64,000 nucleotides of DNA, taken from Magnetococcales bacterium. Lineage in GTDB: Bacteria > Pseudomonadota > Magnetococcia > Magnetococcales > UBA8363. Made by a program: the position numbers and the translations under genes. The DNA lies in contig JADGCN010000001.1 of NCBI GenBank assembly GCA_015228975.1, positions 10,315 through 74,314 on the forward strand, read 5' to 3'. Below, piece by piece: positions 61,028-64,000 of this stretch. Each line of letters opens with the position of its first letter. Positions within the stretch are counted from its first letter, which is position 1. The notes under the pieces were generated by a model, which did no database searches, was not told where the DNA came from, and worked only from the letters and a program-made list of their open reading frames with translations.

Positions 61028-62188
61028 TTACGGATTGGGTAACGGTGGTGGTCCCCCAACGGGTGGTGGTGGGGGAGGAGGTGGCGGTGTGGTGCCGGCC
61101 AGTGTGGTCCACTCGGGAAATTGTTGCAGTGCCATCCATTGGGCCATTCCCGGTTTCCAGGCCAACGTTTGTCCAGAAACTTGACCCGAGGCGATCCATT
61201 GGCGTACCCCGGCAGTGTCATAGGGACCCTGTTGCTGGCCTTGAATGACCAAGTGATATTGGGCTTGTGCCGCGACCGGAGGTGGCGGAGGGGGTGGTGG
61301 GGGTGGCGCGGCAACGGCGGGTGGTTGTTGTGCCGCTTGCGCCCAGGGCGAGGTGAATTGCTGACCCATGGCCATTCCAATGCCCATGCCCATCATTCCT
61401 CCCGCCTGACCCGGATTCTCCGCAGCTTTTTCAATGGATACTGCGGCCTGAAACCGGTTGAAGGCCCCCAAATCACCGATCATTCCCATGCTGGTCCGTT
61501 TGTCCAGCACCTTTTCCACCTCTTCGGGGAGAGAAATGTTTTCCACCAAAGGCTTCAATAGATCCAGGCCGTATTCCTGAAATTCCGGACCTATCTTGTT
61601 TTGCAATATCACCCCCAGATCGTCATACTTGGTGGAAAGATCCAGCAAGGGGATATGGCTTTCTGCCAGGGTATCGGCAAACCGGGTCAAAAATAAAGAT
61701 TTTAGCTGTTCGGTGATTTCCTCCAAGGTGAAACGACCTTCGGTTCCCACGACGGCCATCACCAATTTTTTCGGATCGATGACTCTCAGGGAAAAACTGC
61801 CGAAGCCGCGCAACCGGACCGGGCCAAACTCCGGATCGCGCAACATGATGGGATTGCGGGTGCCCCATTTGATGTTGGTGAAGGTGCGCATGCTGACAAA
61901 GTACACCTCCGCTTTGAAGGGGCTTGAAAAACCGTATTTCCATCCCCTGAGAGTTGATAAAATGGGAATGTTTTTTGTTTCAAGAGTATACATCCCAGGA
62001 CCGAAATCGTCAGCCAGTTTGCCTTCGTTGACAAACAGGGCGTGCTGTGTTTCCCGTACCACCAATTGCGCCCCGTATTTGATTTCGTTGTCATAGCGTT
62101 CAAACCGGTAGACAAGGGTGTCGGATGAATCGTCCGTCCATTCGACGATGTCGATGAATTCACCGGCGAGCTTGGAAAAAAAACTCAT
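61028..62188 (-). CDS. SPFH/Band-7 domain protein (YdjI-like) with C-terminal GYF_2 domain
   Basis: EFIDIVEW, SPFKAEVYFV, KWGT, ENISLPEEV; poly-Pro linkers around QQQGPYD...TLAWKPGMAQW. Confidence 0.9.
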   Translation of the reverse strand: MSFFSKLAGEFIDIVEWTDDSSDTLVYRFERYDNEIKYGAQLVVRETQHALFVNEGKLADDFGPGMYTLETKNIPILSTLRGWKYGFSSPFKAEVYFVSMRTFTNIKWGTRNPIMLRDPEFGPVRLRGFGSFSLRVIDPKKLVMAVVGTEGRFTLEEITEQLKSLFLTRFADTLAESHIPLLDLSTKYDDLGVILQNKIGPEFQEYGLDLLKPLVENISLPEEVEKVLDKRTSMGMIGDLGAFNRFQAAVSIEKAAENPGQAGGMMGMGIGMAMGQQFTSPWAQAAQQPPAVAAPPPPPPPPPPVAAQAQYHLVIQGQQQGPYDTAGVRQWIASGQVSGQTLAWKPGMAQWMALQQFPEWTTLAGTTPPPPPPPPPVGGPPPLPNP

Positions 62189-62274
62189 ATTAGTGACTCC
62201 GCGCTATTTAGTTACCTCATTCCCAGGCCATCGGAGGATGCCGGAATAAGAGTTTGTATGCCATGGCCAATGAA

Positions 62275-62529
62275 TTATCCGAGTTTAATTTTCATGAACA
62301 AAACAATAAGAAGAAGAATGCAAGCCAAGGCGTTAGCTATTACGATTGGCCATGAATTCAACAATATTCCATAAACAACCCATAGAAAGGTACCCAGGCT
62401 GAGCATGGCGTACATCCAAAGGGAGATACCTCGGGTATCGCGGGTTTTTATGGTCCGCACCACTTGGGGTACCAAGCCCAGGGTGGTAAGGGTCGCGGCT
62501 GAATAACCGAGAAGCGAAACGAGTGTCAT
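62275..62529 (-). CDS. SemiSWEET (PQ-loop) transporter
   Basis: LVPQV..TIKTRDTRGIS and WVVYG...WPIVIAN motifs; three TM helices, 84 aa. Confidence 0.9.
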   Translation of the reverse strand: MTLVSLLGYSAATLTTLGLVPQVVRTIKTRDTRGISLWMYAMLSLGTFLWVVYGILLNSWPIVIANALACILLLIVLFMKIKLG

Positions 62530-62670
62530 GGATAGCGTCCCTTACGTCGTTGAAAAATTATCGGTCGGGACTTCCATCCATCACTTAGGCTTTTTTTACG
62601 TGTCAGGCTTAATAACCCGCTGCCACACAGCCTTGGATTCTTATTGGTCCACGGTCTACAAGCCCACCAT

Positions 62671-63357
62671 TCACCATGTGCGGGGCACGAAGGTCTCGTC
62701 GTTGGCAATACGCACGGAGTCTCCAGACTGTACCATAACAAACAACCCTCTTTTAATGGCAAAATGAATGACACTTTCATCGACCACCATGCCTGCAACA
62801 GCGCCAATCGCTTTCTTGTTAGCATATTCCGGGAAAAATTCCTTGAACTCCTCCATTTGCTTCATGTGATCCTGCACATCTTCTACCGTCAGTTTGCTTT
62901 TGACTTCTACCAGCGACACTGTATCGGTGTTTACCACAAGCAGGTCGATTTCCATGTGCCGTCCTCCGTCCAGTTTTGCCTTCACATGAGGACTGACTAT
63001 GTGGATTGGGGTACCCCTCTCAGCAAACAGGGTCTCACAAGCAGGAGCGACCAACCCCTCAACAAATTCACCCAAACGACCTCCCAATCGACCGATTTGC
63101 GTGGAAACCTCTTTGATCTTACGATCAGTCTCCTGCATTTGACGATCAGTCTCCTGCATTTGACGATCAGTCTCCCGCATTTGGACTGAAACCTCTTTAA
63201 TCTGCTGCCCTGTTTCCTGGATTTTCCTGTCGGTCTCCTGGAATTTACGGTCGAGTTCCGCTCTCCGCTCACGGTCTTCCCAGACCATTTCCTGAAACTT
63301 ACGGTCGGTTTCCTGGAACATTTTCCAGACATCGTCAAAGGTTACAGCCTGCGTCAT
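62671..63357 (-). CDS. DUF3782-type coiled-coil protein with a PD-(D/E)xK nuclease-like domain
   Basis: QETDR heptad repeats, GRLGEFVE, EIDLLVVN...VEVKS and FKEFFPEY motifs; AGGAG ribosome-binding site. Confidence 0.88.
   Translation of the reverse strand: MTQAVTFDDVWKMFQETDRKFQEMVWEDRERRAELDRKFQETDRKIQETGQQIKEVSVQMRETDRQMQETDRQMQETDRKIKEVSTQIGRLGGRLGEFVEGLVAPACETLFAERGTPIHIVSPHVKAKLDGGRHMEIDLLVVNTDTVSLVEVKSKLTVEDVQDHMKQMEEFKEFFPEYANKKAIGAVAGMVVDESVIHFAIKRGLFVMVQSGDSVRIANDETFVPRTW
63121..63183 (-). repeat. 21-bp coding tandem repeat, three units
   Basis: ACGATCAGTCTCCTGCATTTG units at 63121, 63142 and 63163 (last with one mismatch); encode QM(Q/R)ETDR. Confidence 0.92.
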
Positions 63358-63728
63358 GGCGATTTCTCCTGTTCACAGCGTTATCGACTGAAGGATACCC
63401 GGTTTGTCTGGCATAGGGAACTCATTTTTCAGCGATTGGAATGCAAGTCATACTCTGATGCGATAACGACAAAATTGATGCTAATGGTATATTATATTAC
63501 CTTGATATACTGTAGAATAGCTTTTTTAAAACATGGTGCAAATATATGTTGACAAGTAAAACTGTGCCTGCCATTTTTCTCTGTAGGAGGGTGTTGACGT
63601 CCTGTCGTTATAGAAAACATGACGAACGGGTCAGCAACGCATGCCGTTCTATCGAGAGATCGAGTGGGGGCGAAGGTCCGTTTTGCTTTTTTGAAACGTG
63701 GTAACGTGCCTTTGGGGGAAGATCGTCC

Positions 63729-64000
63729 ATGCAGTCGAAAAAACTGTTCGGTGTTGTTTCCGCTTTATTTCTTGCTGCATTGGCTTCGGCTTGCGGTGGT
63801 GGAGGGGGCGGTGGGAGTGGCGATGGCTCAACGAGCAACAGCAGTGCCGGGGCGACGAGTGCTGGAACCACGAGCGGCACGACCGCGAACAACACCAACA
63901 CCGTAACAACGACACCGGGTCTTTCTGGCACAGCCGCCAACGGTTTAGCCTTGCCCAACGCCAAAGTAACTTTGCAAACAGCCAGGGGTGACACGAAAGA
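63729..64000 (+). CDS. Lipoprotein, 3'-truncated (absent from the ORF track)
   Basis: Manual translation MQSKKLFGVVSALFLAALASA-CGGGGGGGSGDG...LSGTAANGLALPNAKVTL: lipobox, Gly/Ser/Thr tether, start of a beta-sandwich; open to the window end. Confidence 0.85.
   Translation, partial: MQSKKLFGVVSALFLAALASACGGGGGGGSGDGSTSNSSAGATSAGTTSGTTANNTNTVTTTPGLSGTAANGLALPNAKVTLQTARGDTK

Noticed and set aside
63625-63700. Possible c-di-GMP riboswitch before the lipoprotein gene
   Set aside because: The conserved GEMM elements (GGCAAA, GNRA loop with receptor, GCAAAG) could not be matched.

Overview
Gene-dense, GC-rich bacterial chromosome segment, most likely from a magnetotactic coccus (Magnetococcia). This assignment is inferred from MamQ-like and MamL-like genes, repeat-rich DUF1640 and DUF3782 proteins, and a mix of alpha-, gamma- and delta-proteobacterial-type housekeeping genes. 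Gene order: miaB-phoH-7TM/HD phosphodiesterase-ybeY-lnt; aceE-aceF-lpdA; glgB-glgA-GH57; an AT-richer type II restriction-modification pair (C5 methyltransferase plus NotI-like endonuclease); comEC; a small MamL-like gene; PhoB-like regulator, cobO, an alpha/beta hydrolase and dciA; a TPR-glycosyltransferase; a cysQ-adenosine kinase-PilZ-thiE-mamQ-like run; a CPA2 antiporter; a Zn/Cd P1B ATPase divergent from a 4Fe-4S membrane protein; PPi-type phosphofructokinase; a His-rich exported small protein; nitroreductase; a type I secretion operon (TolC, a 1.5-kaa FecR/RTX cargo, a degenerate ABC transporter, HlyD); DUF1640; a degenerate CHAT protein carrying an in-frame palindromic element; deaminase and phosphorylase for purine salvage; bamE and cbp3; pgk; two glycosyltransferases; a Zn-ribbon/SPFH pair; SemiSWEET; DUF3782; and the start of a lipoprotein. 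The most notable observations are the two magnetosome-protein-like genes lying among housekeeping genes with no mam cluster in the window, the protein-coding palindrome, and the FecR-headed secretion cargo. No rRNA, tRNA, CRISPR array, integrase or transposase was recognised. All family calls come from motif recognition and recalled sequences, not from database searches.
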